Positions 29,923-38,067 of a stretch of DNA of 64,000 nucleotides are shown one piece after another. How positions within the stretch are numbered: position 1 is the first letter of the stretch; each line of letters opens with the position of its first letter. The stretch is taken from positions 186,001 to 250,000 of the IMG/VR virus record IMGVR_UViG_3300028393_000019; one strand, 5' to 3'. Position numbers and translations under genes: made by a program. The notes below the pieces were generated by a model that did no database searches, had not been told where the DNA came from, and saw only the letters and a list, made by a program, of their open reading frames with translations.

Positions 29923-31082
29923 TGTTAATGGGCTTTAATCAAACTAACATAGACCGATTACTAGCAAGTATAAATGGTACAGTTTTAGATCCAACAGTAA
30001 GCCTATGCCATCATTGCCATAGACATATACCAGCATGGCGCTACCATAAAGATAATCAGGTGTTTATAGCCAAGTCATGTCCCATACATGGTATTAGCCA
30101 TCATATGATCGAATCTGACTATGAGTTTTATGCTAATCTATATTACACCCAGGATAATCCAGATTTTAATTTTAATGGCGGAGTACTTATCGAAGGTAGT
30201 GACCGCTGTAATTTAGAATGCCCACATTGTTACCATTTACCAGAAAACGATGCCCGCGACCCTTCTATAGAAGAATTGCTCGATCAAATACGAGATATGC
30301 CGGTAGGCGAGGATGGAGTACATAGAATCATCCTCGCCGGTGCTGAAAGTACCTTACGCAAAGACTTTCCAGAATTGATAACAGCTATCCGTGAGTTAGA
30401 TCCCGAAATGGATGTTAGTGTAATGACTAATGGCATACGTTTCAATGACAGCGATTTTATTCATAAATGTGTTGAAGCTGGACTTGCAGGTGTTAACATT
30501 GGGCTTAATCATCCAAGTTACATCGATCACGAAACTGTAAGACGTAAACAAGTTAGTGCTATTGAAAACATGCACCGTGAAGATATCAAGATAGGTTACA
30601 TTAGTTATACTATGGTAGACTTCAGTGAGCTTGATTACATACTAACTGAGATTACTAGTAATCCTTGGACTCCTAAAAATTTCCGCATACGTAATGGTGC
30701 AGAAATAGGACGTAATGCCAGCACCGAACAACCGTTTGTTAGCAACTTATACAAACGTGCGGAGCAATGGTGCAAGGATCATAGTAAACAGTTTGAACGA
30801 ATCATAGAAGCAGACAATAATATCTATCATGTTATGGTTAAGATTGAAGATAAAATTGTGCGATTAATCAGCTGGTGCGATGAAACCAATATTGATATGG
30901 AAGAATTGCGTAGCGGACCTTGGTGTAACTTTGTACCCGACGGTATTACAAACTTCTTACATCAGATTATACGCAGAGATGTGTTTAAAAATAAAGGACT
31001 AGCCTTACCGGATAGCCCTCCTAGTCGATATAAATTTAATCGCACACCCGATAAGTCAAAACTTAATTTGCTAAATCTATAA
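29922..31082 (+). CDS. Radical SAM protein with Tes/MJ0619 (COG1964)-like N-terminal metal site
   Basis: SLCHHCHRHIPA...KSCPIHG, CNLECPHC, TNGIRF, C-terminal PDG. Confidence 0.8.
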   Translation: MLMGFNQTNIDRLLASINGTVLDPTVSLCHHCHRHIPAWRYHKDNQVFIAKSCPIHGISHHMIESDYEFYANLYYTQDNPDFNFNGGVLIEGSDRCNLECPHCYHLPENDARDPSIEELLDQIRDMPVGEDGVHRIILAGAESTLRKDFPELITAIRELDPEMDVSVMTNGIRFNDSDFIHKCVEAGLAGVNIGLNHPSYIDHETVRRKQVSAIENMHREDIKIGYISYTMVDFSELDYILTEITSNPWTPKNFRIRNGAEIGRNASTEQPFVSNLYKRAEQWCKDHSKQFERIIEADNNIYHVMVKIEDKIVRLISWCDETNIDMEELRSGPWCNFVPDGITNFLHQIIRRDVFKNKGLALPDSPPSRYKFNRTPDKSKLNLLNL

Positions 31083-31419
31083 AGCCATTTGACCTATCAA
31101 GGAATTTAGTTTTAATATTTAAAATATTAAACTTATTCAAAACTTTAACAACATCTGGTACATTAAATTTTTTACAACTATAAACATCTAGTTGTATTAG
31201 ACCAGTATCCCAAGTGTGCATGACAATATGACTAGTAGTTATAGCCATGAGTGCTGTGTATCCTTCGTTATCTAAAACTTCTGATCTATAGACATATGGC
31301 CCTCCTAGTATTTCCATGTCAATAGTTGATACAATATCTAGTAGAATGTTTTTAACATCTAATTCAGACAATTGTGTTTCAGCAGTACCTTGTATTAATA
31401 GGTGCAAATGATCTAACAC
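31063..31419 (-). CDS. speD: S-adenosylmethionine decarboxylase proenzyme (pyruvoyl-dependent)
   Basis: GYTALMAITTSHIVMHTW and DVYSC; GTG start. Confidence 0.8.
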   Translation of the reverse strand: MLDHLHLLIQGTAETQLSELDVKNILLDIVSTIDMEILGGPYVYRSEVLDNEGYTALMAITTSHIVMHTWDTGLIQLDVYSCKKFNVPDVVKVLNKFNILNIKTKFLDRSNGFIDLAN

Positions 31420-32013
31420 TTAAGGCTTCCTTCCTATGATCATGTAACGTGTGTACAGGGGTAATTTCATTTCGCCGCCCCAAAGAAAATGTAATCCACA
31501 AGTTTCCTTAAATTCATCAAATGATTTATGCCACCGCACATGCTCGGGGATATTATAATCATTACTTTGGATAATAATCAAACTACCGTTAGGCATTCTA
31601 TCCAACCATTTATCGTATTGTGCTTGTGTTAAGTGTTCACAGCTAGTATTAATAATAATATCTGCAACAGAAATTACATCGCACATATCTGCCGTATACG
31701 CTTTGAACCGACCTTCAATTTCTTCACCCTTGTTCATTAGCGTAGCAATAGGTTCGCAGGTTGGATCAATGTCAATACTGCGAATAGTAGTAATGGGAAT
31801 GTTGCTCTGAAATAACATGCTGGCAAGTGTACCAACCCAGCCGCCGAAGATGTCTATGCTAGATGCAAAATGCACATGCTCATCTAGACAATCAATCAAC
31901 CATTCTTTGCTTTTTAATTGCCCCGACCAAAAGGCATCCATAGTACGCATAGGGTCCGGGCTTTGACGGATGGCCTGCATCCAATGGTGTAAATGGTTTG
32001 TATCTATCTGCAT
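31420..32013 (-). CDS. Class I SAM-dependent methyltransferase-like protein
   Basis: IDIFGGWVG glycine motif, IRSIDID, TADM, IINTSCEH. Confidence 0.65.
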   Translation of the reverse strand: MQIDTNHLHHWMQAIRQSPDPMRTMDAFWSGQLKSKEWLIDCLDEHVHFASSIDIFGGWVGTLASMLFQSNIPITTIRSIDIDPTCEPIATLMNKGEEIEGRFKAYTADMCDVISVADIIINTSCEHLTQAQYDKWLDRMPNGSLIIIQSNDYNIPEHVRWHKSFDEFKETCGLHFLWGGEMKLPLYTRYMIIGRKP

Positions 32014-32960
32014 TTTGGTATCTTGCTGTCCGCACTACTAACACATCTAGTAGTCACGCATTTTTGTGGCACAGAAAACAAAGTAAATTTTTCTATCGTG
32101 CCCAGTGCGGCTTCGTGGCAACTGTAAGCACGTTTGACTTCCGTACCTTTTATTATAACACTCTGATAACCTGCATTACAAGTCCAATTGGCAAATTGAT
32201 TAAACCCCAGTGCATTAAACCGTTCTGCTTGATCTATAAAATAATTTTTATCACCATCCATTAAACGGATTTGATAACCTTCCTGCTGTTCAAAATCGTT
32301 TTGCATTATATCAACCATCTCAGCTGTGTAGCCTTCCACTATGGCGGTGGCACTGTCATTGCTTTGTGGTTTAAGTGTTACATTAATTCCACGAGCTCGA
32401 AATCGTTCACAGCGTTCTAGTGTTTCAAAGAACAGTTCTGGCACCATAACTTGATTAACAGTTACATGAACCCGCTCGTTCATTAACTGTAAACACTTGT
32501 CACCGAACTCGTGCTCCTTGGCGAACTCTGCATGAAAGCTGGCTGTAATACTGCGGCGCTGTAGACAATCAGTGATGCTACACCAGTTTTTCCACCAGCT
32601 GGGTCCCGGACTCAAATTGGTAGTCATATGTATACTTTGGTAGGGACTTTCTAATTCATCTATATGTTTGATCAATTCGGGCAACTGTTTGTACGCAGTA
32701 GGTTCACCTCCTGAGAAGCTCCAGTGAAATTGGGTGAATCCGTTCAAACGAGCTTGACGTTTTATCTCGTCGACTGTAGTCTTATAGACTTCTAAACTTT
32801 GGTAATCCAAATTGTCGCTTCGGGCATAGGGCCAACAATAGCTACATTTGTAATTACAAAATCTACCTAGGATCCAACTTATGTTAAATAATGGGCGATC
32901 CAACATTGTTTGTTGCCCAAAATGCGTTATGTCTTTGAAAGGAATGATTGCGAAGTTCAT
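32004..32960 (-). CDS. Radical SAM protein with C-terminal twitch-like domain
   Basis: CNYKCSYC, FSGGEP, WTCNAGYQS...C...CVTTRC. Confidence 0.9.
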   Translation of the reverse strand: MNFAIIPFKDITHFGQQTMLDRPLFNISWILGRFCNYKCSYCWPYARSDNLDYQSLEVYKTTVDEIKRQARLNGFTQFHWSFSGGEPTAYKQLPELIKHIDELESPYQSIHMTTNLSPGPSWWKNWCSITDCLQRRSITASFHAEFAKEHEFGDKCLQLMNERVHVTVNQVMVPELFFETLERCERFRARGINVTLKPQSNDSATAIVEGYTAEMVDIMQNDFEQQEGYQIRLMDGDKNYFIDQAERFNALGFNQFANWTCNAGYQSVIIKGTEVKRAYSCHEAALGTIEKFTLFSVPQKCVTTRCVSSADSKIPKCR

Positions 32961-32966
32961 TGACAG

Positions 32967-32972
32967 TATTTA
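32967..32972 (-). promoter_or_regulatory. Late-type promoter motif TAAATA
   Basis: 6 nt before ATG 32960. Confidence 0.55.
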
Positions 32973-32994
32973 CAAATGATAGTATAATATACAT

Positions 32995-33090
32995 GTAGAC
33001 GTGAGTGGAACTTGGTATACCTCCAGCTTGCTGGGACTGGGCCTGGCCCTTAGGGTGGCTTTGTAGGTTCGAATCCTACCGTCTACACCA
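32995..33090 (+). tRNA. Class II tRNA-like gene with Leu-type body and irregular anticodon arm (anticodon undetermined, possibly GCT)
   Basis: 7-bp acceptor GTAGACG/CGTCTAC, A73 and encoded CCA, T-arm GTAGG-TTCGAAT-CCTAC, D-loop GGAACTTGGTA, long variable arm. Confidence 0.8.
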
Positions 33091-33119
33091 TTTTACAACT
33101 TAGGCAAAGAAAGAGGCAA

Positions 33120-33455
33120 GTGATGAAGAAAGTACTTTTTATGTTGTTGTTAGCGGCATCTAGTGCTCAGGCAGAATATCGTGATGAGCCATTCAAAGAG
33201 TTCGATGCCACACGCAACCAAGTTAACCAGGCAACGATCATTTGGCGTCAAGAAGCCAATGTGACAGCGGCATGTGATTTTGAAAGCAAGCGCCGTGGTA
33301 ACAGCGGATTTGGTTTCAACGTTTTGGGTTGTGAATTTCATTATGATGTGAACAAGACAAGAGTCTGTACTATAATTACACCACTAAACACCACTTTGAC
33401 CAATCTAGGACACGAAGTGCGACACTGCTTCCAGGGAAGCTGGCACGGCTTTTAA
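33120..33455 (+). CDS. Secreted small protein with HExxH motif
   Basis: Signal peptide (LLLAASSAQA) and LGHEVRHC. Confidence 0.55.
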   Translation: MMKKVLFMLLLAASSAQAEYRDEPFKEFDATRNQVNQATIIWRQEANVTAACDFESKRRGNSGFGFNVLGCEFHYDVNKTRVCTIITPLNTTLTNLGHEVRHCFQGSWHGF

Positions 33456-33456
33456 T

Positions 33457-34014
33457 ATGAATAAACCAGTAGCAAGTAGCCCTGATCGACATACCTTTCA
33501 AAAGGAACGTAGCATCAAACGGGCAGAAGAAGCGGGCGAAGAGCCTAATCAAGCATACATCGAAATGTGGGAACAGGTTAAAATTGATGATGCCAACAAG
33601 ATCCACGATCCAGTTTGGCAACGAAACAATATGGAATACGATTTGCGCTCTAGTAAAGAACTATGCGATAAAGTCAAAGCCAGTGACAACTATGCTCAAA
33701 ACTTATACGCCGCAATGTGCAACATGACTTGGCAAAGCAGAGAGTTTTGGCAAGAGCTAAAAGGTGAAACTTGGAGTTGCAGTTGGCGTCACAGTGGTGG
33801 TATAATTGCTGATATGCGTGAACAAGGTGACTACATTGATTGGTACTGTAGCGGCATTGGTAATGCAGAATTGGGCAACGGATTAGACGGTACTGTGCCA
33901 GACACCACTGATGGTCGAGACTATGTACCAGAAGGTGTAGTGACTGAAGAAATTGAACTGGATCTAAATCGATTGGGTTGGCGTCCAGTTCCTTGGAGTG
34001 ATGATGAAGATTGA
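33457..34014 (+). CDS. Hypothetical protein
   Basis: 185-aa ORF in co-oriented run. Confidence 0.6.
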   Translation: MNKPVASSPDRHTFQKERSIKRAEEAGEEPNQAYIEMWEQVKIDDANKIHDPVWQRNNMEYDLRSSKELCDKVKASDNYAQNLYAAMCNMTWQSREFWQELKGETWSCSWRHSGGIIADMREQGDYIDWYCSGIGNAELGNGLDGTVPDTTDGRDYVPEGVVTEEIELDLNRLGWRPVPWSDDED

Positions 34015-34199
34015 GATTAAATAGAATTATGACACATTGGACTATAACAGTTGAAGAAGCAGATGACGGTAGCGGAGATCTAGTTCTCCCACTGCCGCAG
34101 GAGATGTTGGATTTGCAAGGATGGAAAGAAGGAGACACATTGGAATGGAACGATCTAGGTGACGGCTCGTGGACCATTTCAAAGGCAACAAATGGCTAA
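34011..34199 (+). CDS. AbrB/MazE-like DNA-binding protein
   Basis: DLVLPLPQEM...GWKEGDTLEW swapped-hairpin pattern. Confidence 0.6.
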   Translation: MRLNRIMTHWTITVEEADDGSGDLVLPLPQEMLDLQGWKEGDTLEWNDLGDGSWTISKATNG

Positions 34200-34410
34200 A
34201 GACGATATTATAGAATTGACAGGTTCAGTAGAAGAAGTATTGCCAGGCAACATGTTTAGAGTTAAAGTTGAGAACATGCCCAACCCGTTGCTGTGTTACA
34301 TGGGTGGCAAATTGAAGCAAAACAAAATTAGGATCATTCTGGGTGACAACGTTCGTTTAGAAGTTAGTCCATATGATCTTACCAAGGGCAGAGTAACGTA
34401 TAGGTTGTAA
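34192..34410 (+). CDS. infA: Translation initiation factor IF-1
   Basis: MAKDDIIELTGSVEEVLP...IRIILGDNVRLEVSPYDLTKGRVTYR. Confidence 0.95.
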   Translation: MAKDDIIELTGSVEEVLPGNMFRVKVENMPNPLLCYMGGKLKQNKIRIILGDNVRLEVSPYDLTKGRVTYRL

Positions 34411-34412
34411 AT

Positions 34413-35075
34413 ATGAACATCATTCTCGAACGTGTGTATAATGTATGTAAAAAAGTTCGAGAAGATAGTCCCGAACAGACCAATTTTAGAAACCTTATAG
34501 GTCGCACCCGCAACACATTCAAATTGCACAATTTTGATATTGCAATCAAAAGTAAAAAAGATAAAACTCTAGATCCAGACAAATGGTATGTTGTGGCTTA
34601 CTATGACAGTGAGAACGACTTCAATATGGACACTGCTATTGAAGTTGTGGTACAACACAATCTGCAAGGTACTGAACTATTTGGCCCACATCAAGTAACC
34701 AGTTTCCTCACTGAAATATTTGATGCCACAGTGCATGAGTTCCGACATCAGTATCAAAGTATGCGCAGAGATCATAATCAGTACGGTGAGCATTTTGATA
34801 CACCATATGAACTGTACCTTGCCGACGATGATGAGTTAGATGCGTATGCGTTTAGCATAGCCATTGAACTGCTACGTACTATGGATGCTGAACGTGCCAA
34901 ACGGCGTTTATCCAAAATCAGTGTGTTAAGTAAAATGCGTACAGGCGCCCAATATTCTAGCCCGCAGTTGAGAGCCTACATCGGACATTTTGGGCTCAGC
35001 ACTCTAACTAAAAAGTTAGCCAAAAAGGTCTATTTGCACCTACAAACTATTGACAAGCGATTTGTTTTCATGTAA
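34413..35075 (+). CDS. HExxH...E putative zinc metallopeptidase
   Basis: VHEFRHQYQ...DELDAYAF. Confidence 0.5.
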   Translation: MNIILERVYNVCKKVREDSPEQTNFRNLIGRTRNTFKLHNFDIAIKSKKDKTLDPDKWYVVAYYDSENDFNMDTAIEVVVQHNLQGTELFGPHQVTSFLTEIFDATVHEFRHQYQSMRRDHNQYGEHFDTPYELYLADDDELDAYAFSIAIELLRTMDAERAKRRLSKISVLSKMRTGAQYSSPQLRAYIGHFGLSTLTKKLAKKVYLHLQTIDKRFVFM

Positions 35076-35078
35076 AAT
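35050..35078 (+). promoter_or_regulatory. Sigma70 promoter
   Basis: TTGACA-17 nt-TAAAAT. Confidence 0.75.
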
Positions 35079-35104
35079 AACTGTACAATGAAAGGGCGAC
35101 CACT

Positions 35105-35356
35105 ATGAGTAAAGCGAAACATATTCCCAAACTATTTATTGACGGTGAAACTGCTGATCGTATTACAAGTTTAACGTTGAGAGACTACCGTGCGTATCTC
35201 AAGAAAGAATTAAAGCAGTGGAAGAAGAATCCCAAAAGTGATTCAAACCCAGACGGTTATTGGTTACATCCACACGATGTGGGACTCAATGTGCAAACCA
35301 TTGCCGCATTGGATTTGATTATCAGTCATTATGCAGAAGTACCGGAGATCAACTGA
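35105..35356 (+). CDS. Hypothetical protein
   Basis: ORF after promoter with SD-like GGGCG. Confidence 0.55.
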   Translation: MSKAKHIPKLFIDGETADRITSLTLRDYRAYLKKELKQWKKNPKSDSNPDGYWLHPHDVGLNVQTIAALDLIISHYAEVPEIN

Positions 35357-35577
35357 TGTACAAAACAATTTACACCGAAGTAGAAGTTGATGTTGACTTG
35401 AGTGAGTTTGATACAGATGATTTGATTGAAGAATTAGAGTCACGTGGGTCTGGTGTTATGGACTATGGTGACGGCAAGGAAGTGCTACAGTCCATATACG
35501 AAAAACGCAGGTTAGGGCAGGACTATCAACTAGAATTAGAAACATTGATCTATTTGGGATTAGGACGTATCATATGA
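35356..35577 (+). CDS. Small acidic hypothetical protein
   Basis: Start moved to ATG 35356 (MYKTIYTEVEVDVD). Confidence 0.55.
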   Translation: MYKTIYTEVEVDVDLSEFDTDDLIEELESRGSGVMDYGDGKEVLQSIYEKRRLGQDYQLELETLIYLGLGRII

Positions 35578-35789
35578 ATCAATGGATCCTGATCATTGCA
35601 ATGTACAGCCCCGGCGGAGACTTTATAGACAAAAACACTATTGAGTTTAGATCTAAAAAAGATTGTGAAGCAGTAAAAGTACAGTTGGTGCAATTGGATA
35701 GTCCAATGCGTGTAAAGCATAAAGGGCTGTGTGTGACACGAGATCATTGGGAAGGCAAAAAGAAAATGCCCGGTGTTGATTACGATTAA
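35574..35789 (+). CDS. Hypothetical protein
   Basis: ATGA-coupled ORF. Confidence 0.5.
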   Translation: MNQWILIIAMYSPGGDFIDKNTIEFRSKKDCEAVKVQLVQLDSPMRVKHKGLCVTRDHWEGKKKMPGVDYD

Positions 35790-35797
35790 GGAACGAT

Positions 35798-36403
35798 ATG
35801 AAACAAGAAAACGACGAGTACCTGTGCAAGGTTTACCCAAAGATGATGGTGAACCGCAACCGGGATATGAAAGAAACTTGCATGTGTTGGGGGTTTGAAT
35901 GTGGTGATGGCTGGTTCCAAATCCTAAATCAACTTATGGGTAATATTCAGCATCACATTGATTGGAAGATTAGACAGCGTGAAGTCGCTATCAAATTTAA
36001 TCAGATGGCTGAACAACTCAAAGCTGGTGACTCTACACTGTTCGATGAAGATATGAAAGACATGCTAAATCGAGATTACGTAGAAAAACGCAAGCAAGAA
36101 CTTATTGAAGATCCCCTGCGTGAAATTCCTGCAGAGATTCCGCAAGTAACATTGGATCAGGTTAAAGAGAAGTTTGGTACGCTACGCTTCTACTACACAG
36201 GTGGTGATGAATATATCTCTGGGCTGGTTAGCATGGCAGAATCTATGTCAGGTGTAACATGTGAAGAGTGTGGCAAGCCTGGCACACAGACTTCAGGTGG
36301 ATGGATCAAGACAGTGTGCAAAGAGCACGGTGGTGTAGATTATGACACTCCGGAAGATGAACTGACAGAAGACCAATTAATTAAACAAGGATTTGAACAA
36401 TGA
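35798..36403 (+). CDS. Phage hypothetical protein with zinc ribbon
   Basis: GFECGDGW, QVKEKFGTLRFY, CEECG...C. Confidence 0.6.
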   Translation: MKQENDEYLCKVYPKMMVNRNRDMKETCMCWGFECGDGWFQILNQLMGNIQHHIDWKIRQREVAIKFNQMAEQLKAGDSTLFDEDMKDMLNRDYVEKRKQELIEDPLREIPAEIPQVTLDQVKEKFGTLRFYYTGGDEYISGLVSMAESMSGVTCEECGKPGTQTSGGWIKTVCKEHGGVDYDTPEDELTEDQLIKQGFEQ

Positions 36404-37032
36404 TTACACTTAAAGAATGGATGGAACTAGTCGACTATAAGATTACCGAAGGTAGTGATTATGGTTGGGGTTGCTATGGCCCAAACAGCTTTACACTAGA
36501 TTCATGGAATGGCGTTCATGGCAAAGGTGGATACAGTTTCAGTATTGTATTCTCAACCAAAAGCCAAAAGATTTATGAAGTCACTATGTGCGACTATACC
36601 AACGACCGTGCGTACAGAATGATCAATCCCAAGTTCCAAGAAAAACATCGCAAAGAAGCAGAGACTCGCGGTGTCAATCTGAACGAAGCATGGGATAGTG
36701 TTGACTACGTTGATTTGGATGTGTTAGACGACTTTGTCCAAAAAGCCCTAGCCATTCGGGCAGGGGAATCTTATGATACCCGTGTGCAAGTACAGGTTGA
36801 CTTTTCGGATGAAGATCTGTTACAATATATGAAACTGGCACATGAACGTGACGTTACTTTCAATCAATTGATTGAAGAAGCACTGCGCAATGCTATTGAA
36901 GAAGTTGAGGCAGGACAGCTTACCAAAGAAGATGCCAAAAATTGGTTAGCAAGAAACGACTTGCCAAAATTTCCAACCGACTATAAAATAGTAGACTACA
37001 AGATAGTAGACGACGATTCAACAGAGGACTAA
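36400..37032 (+). CDS. Hypothetical protein
   Basis: 210-aa ORF in operon. Confidence 0.6.
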   Translation: MITLKEWMELVDYKITEGSDYGWGCYGPNSFTLDSWNGVHGKGGYSFSIVFSTKSQKIYEVTMCDYTNDRAYRMINPKFQEKHRKEAETRGVNLNEAWDSVDYVDLDVLDDFVQKALAIRAGESYDTRVQVQVDFSDEDLLQYMKLAHERDVTFNQLIEEALRNAIEEVEAGQLTKEDAKNWLARNDLPKFPTDYKIVDYKIVDDDSTED

Positions 37033-37893
37033 ATGAAAATTAAATTGGTGTCAGATCTCCATTTAGAGTTTGACGACATTAACATTCAAAATGATCAAGA
37101 CTATGATGTGTTGATCCTAGGTGGCGATATTATGATCGCCCAGGATCTTCACGATCATCCAGAGTCAACTAATACTAGTGATCAAGCGGCAATTGCCAAC
37201 GGTACTGGCTTGGGCAAGCGTCAGCAACGAGCACAGCGATTCCGTGATTTTTTCAAGCGTTGTAGTTTTCAATTTCCTCATGTGATCTACATCATGGGCA
37301 ATCACGAATTTTACAATGGCAAGTTCTACGCCAGCGTTGATCATATGCGTGAAGAATGTGCCAAGCATCCCAACGTGTATATGTTGGAACAAGATACAAA
37401 GATCATCGATGATGTTGTGTTTGTAGGCGGAACACTTTGGACCAACATGAACCGGCGTGATCCGCTGACCATGCATGCCATTGAAGGTATGATGAACGAC
37501 TTCCGTATCATCCGCAACGACTTTAGAAGTTATGCTACTATGAGTGCGTTGGATGTGGCTATCCGCCACGACAAAACTTTGGCTTACATCAAGCACATTA
37601 TCCAAGAACACAAGGACAAGAAGTGCGTTGTGGTGGGACATCATAGTCCCAGTTTCCAAAGTGTACACCCAATGTATGCTCACGAAACTTTGATGAACGG
37701 TGGATATCACAGCGACTTGAGTGAGTTCATTTTAGATCACCCACAGATTAAATTGTGGACACATGGTCACACGCATCATCCGTTTGATTATCAAATCGGT
37801 GAAACAAGAGTTGTATGTAACCCACGTGGTTACGAAAGTCCAGGCTACAGTGAAGACACTGGCTGGAACCCTAACATTTTATTGGAGATTTAA
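37033..37893 (+). CDS. Calcineurin-like metallophosphoesterase
   Basis: SDLH, GGD, GNHEFY, GHH, HGHTH. Confidence 0.9.
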   Translation: MKIKLVSDLHLEFDDINIQNDQDYDVLILGGDIMIAQDLHDHPESTNTSDQAAIANGTGLGKRQQRAQRFRDFFKRCSFQFPHVIYIMGNHEFYNGKFYASVDHMREECAKHPNVYMLEQDTKIIDDVVFVGGTLWTNMNRRDPLTMHAIEGMMNDFRIIRNDFRSYATMSALDVAIRHDKTLAYIKHIIQEHKDKKCVVVGHHSPSFQSVHPMYAHETLMNGGYHSDLSEFILDHPQIKLWTHGHTHHPFDYQIGETRVVCNPRGYESPGYSEDTGWNPNILLEI

Positions 37894-38067
37894 ATGACTG
37901 AAGAACTTAAAAACACAGTAACCGTTGCAGAAATGCTACGAACCACTGGCAAAAACACAGCCGAGTTTATGGAACAAGTGGCTTCCCATATTGAGAAATT
38001 AGAGGAAGGCATTGTACAGTTGCAGGCTCGAGTGTCTGGATTAGAGAACGCATCCAAATCAGAATGA
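37894..38067 (+). CDS. Small coiled-coil hypothetical protein (57 aa, not in ORF track)
   Basis: MTEELKNTVTVAEML...SKSE fills the gap exactly, with SD GGAG and ATGA overlap. Confidence 0.55.
   Translation: MTEELKNTVTVAEMLRTTGKNTAEFMEQVASHIEKLEEGIVQLQARVSGLENASKSE

Noticed and set aside
6864-32960. Assigning one of the radical SAM genes as QueE
   Set aside because: All are longer than QueE and carry extra twitch, B12 or zinc-type domains; none could be assigned by eye
32960-32990. TTGACA...TATAAT upstream of the tRNA as a sigma70 promoter
   Set aside because: The spacer is 19 nt; plausible but too weak to list with the others
32995-33090. Interpretation as tRNA-Sec or a tmRNA tRNA-like domain
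   Set aside because: No TCA anticodon, a 7/5 rather than 8/5 fold, and no G3:U70 Ala determinant
36979-37011. 15-nt tandem repeat encoding DYKIV-DYKIV-D
   Set aside because: Two imperfect copies in a C-terminal tail; likely slippage with no evident function
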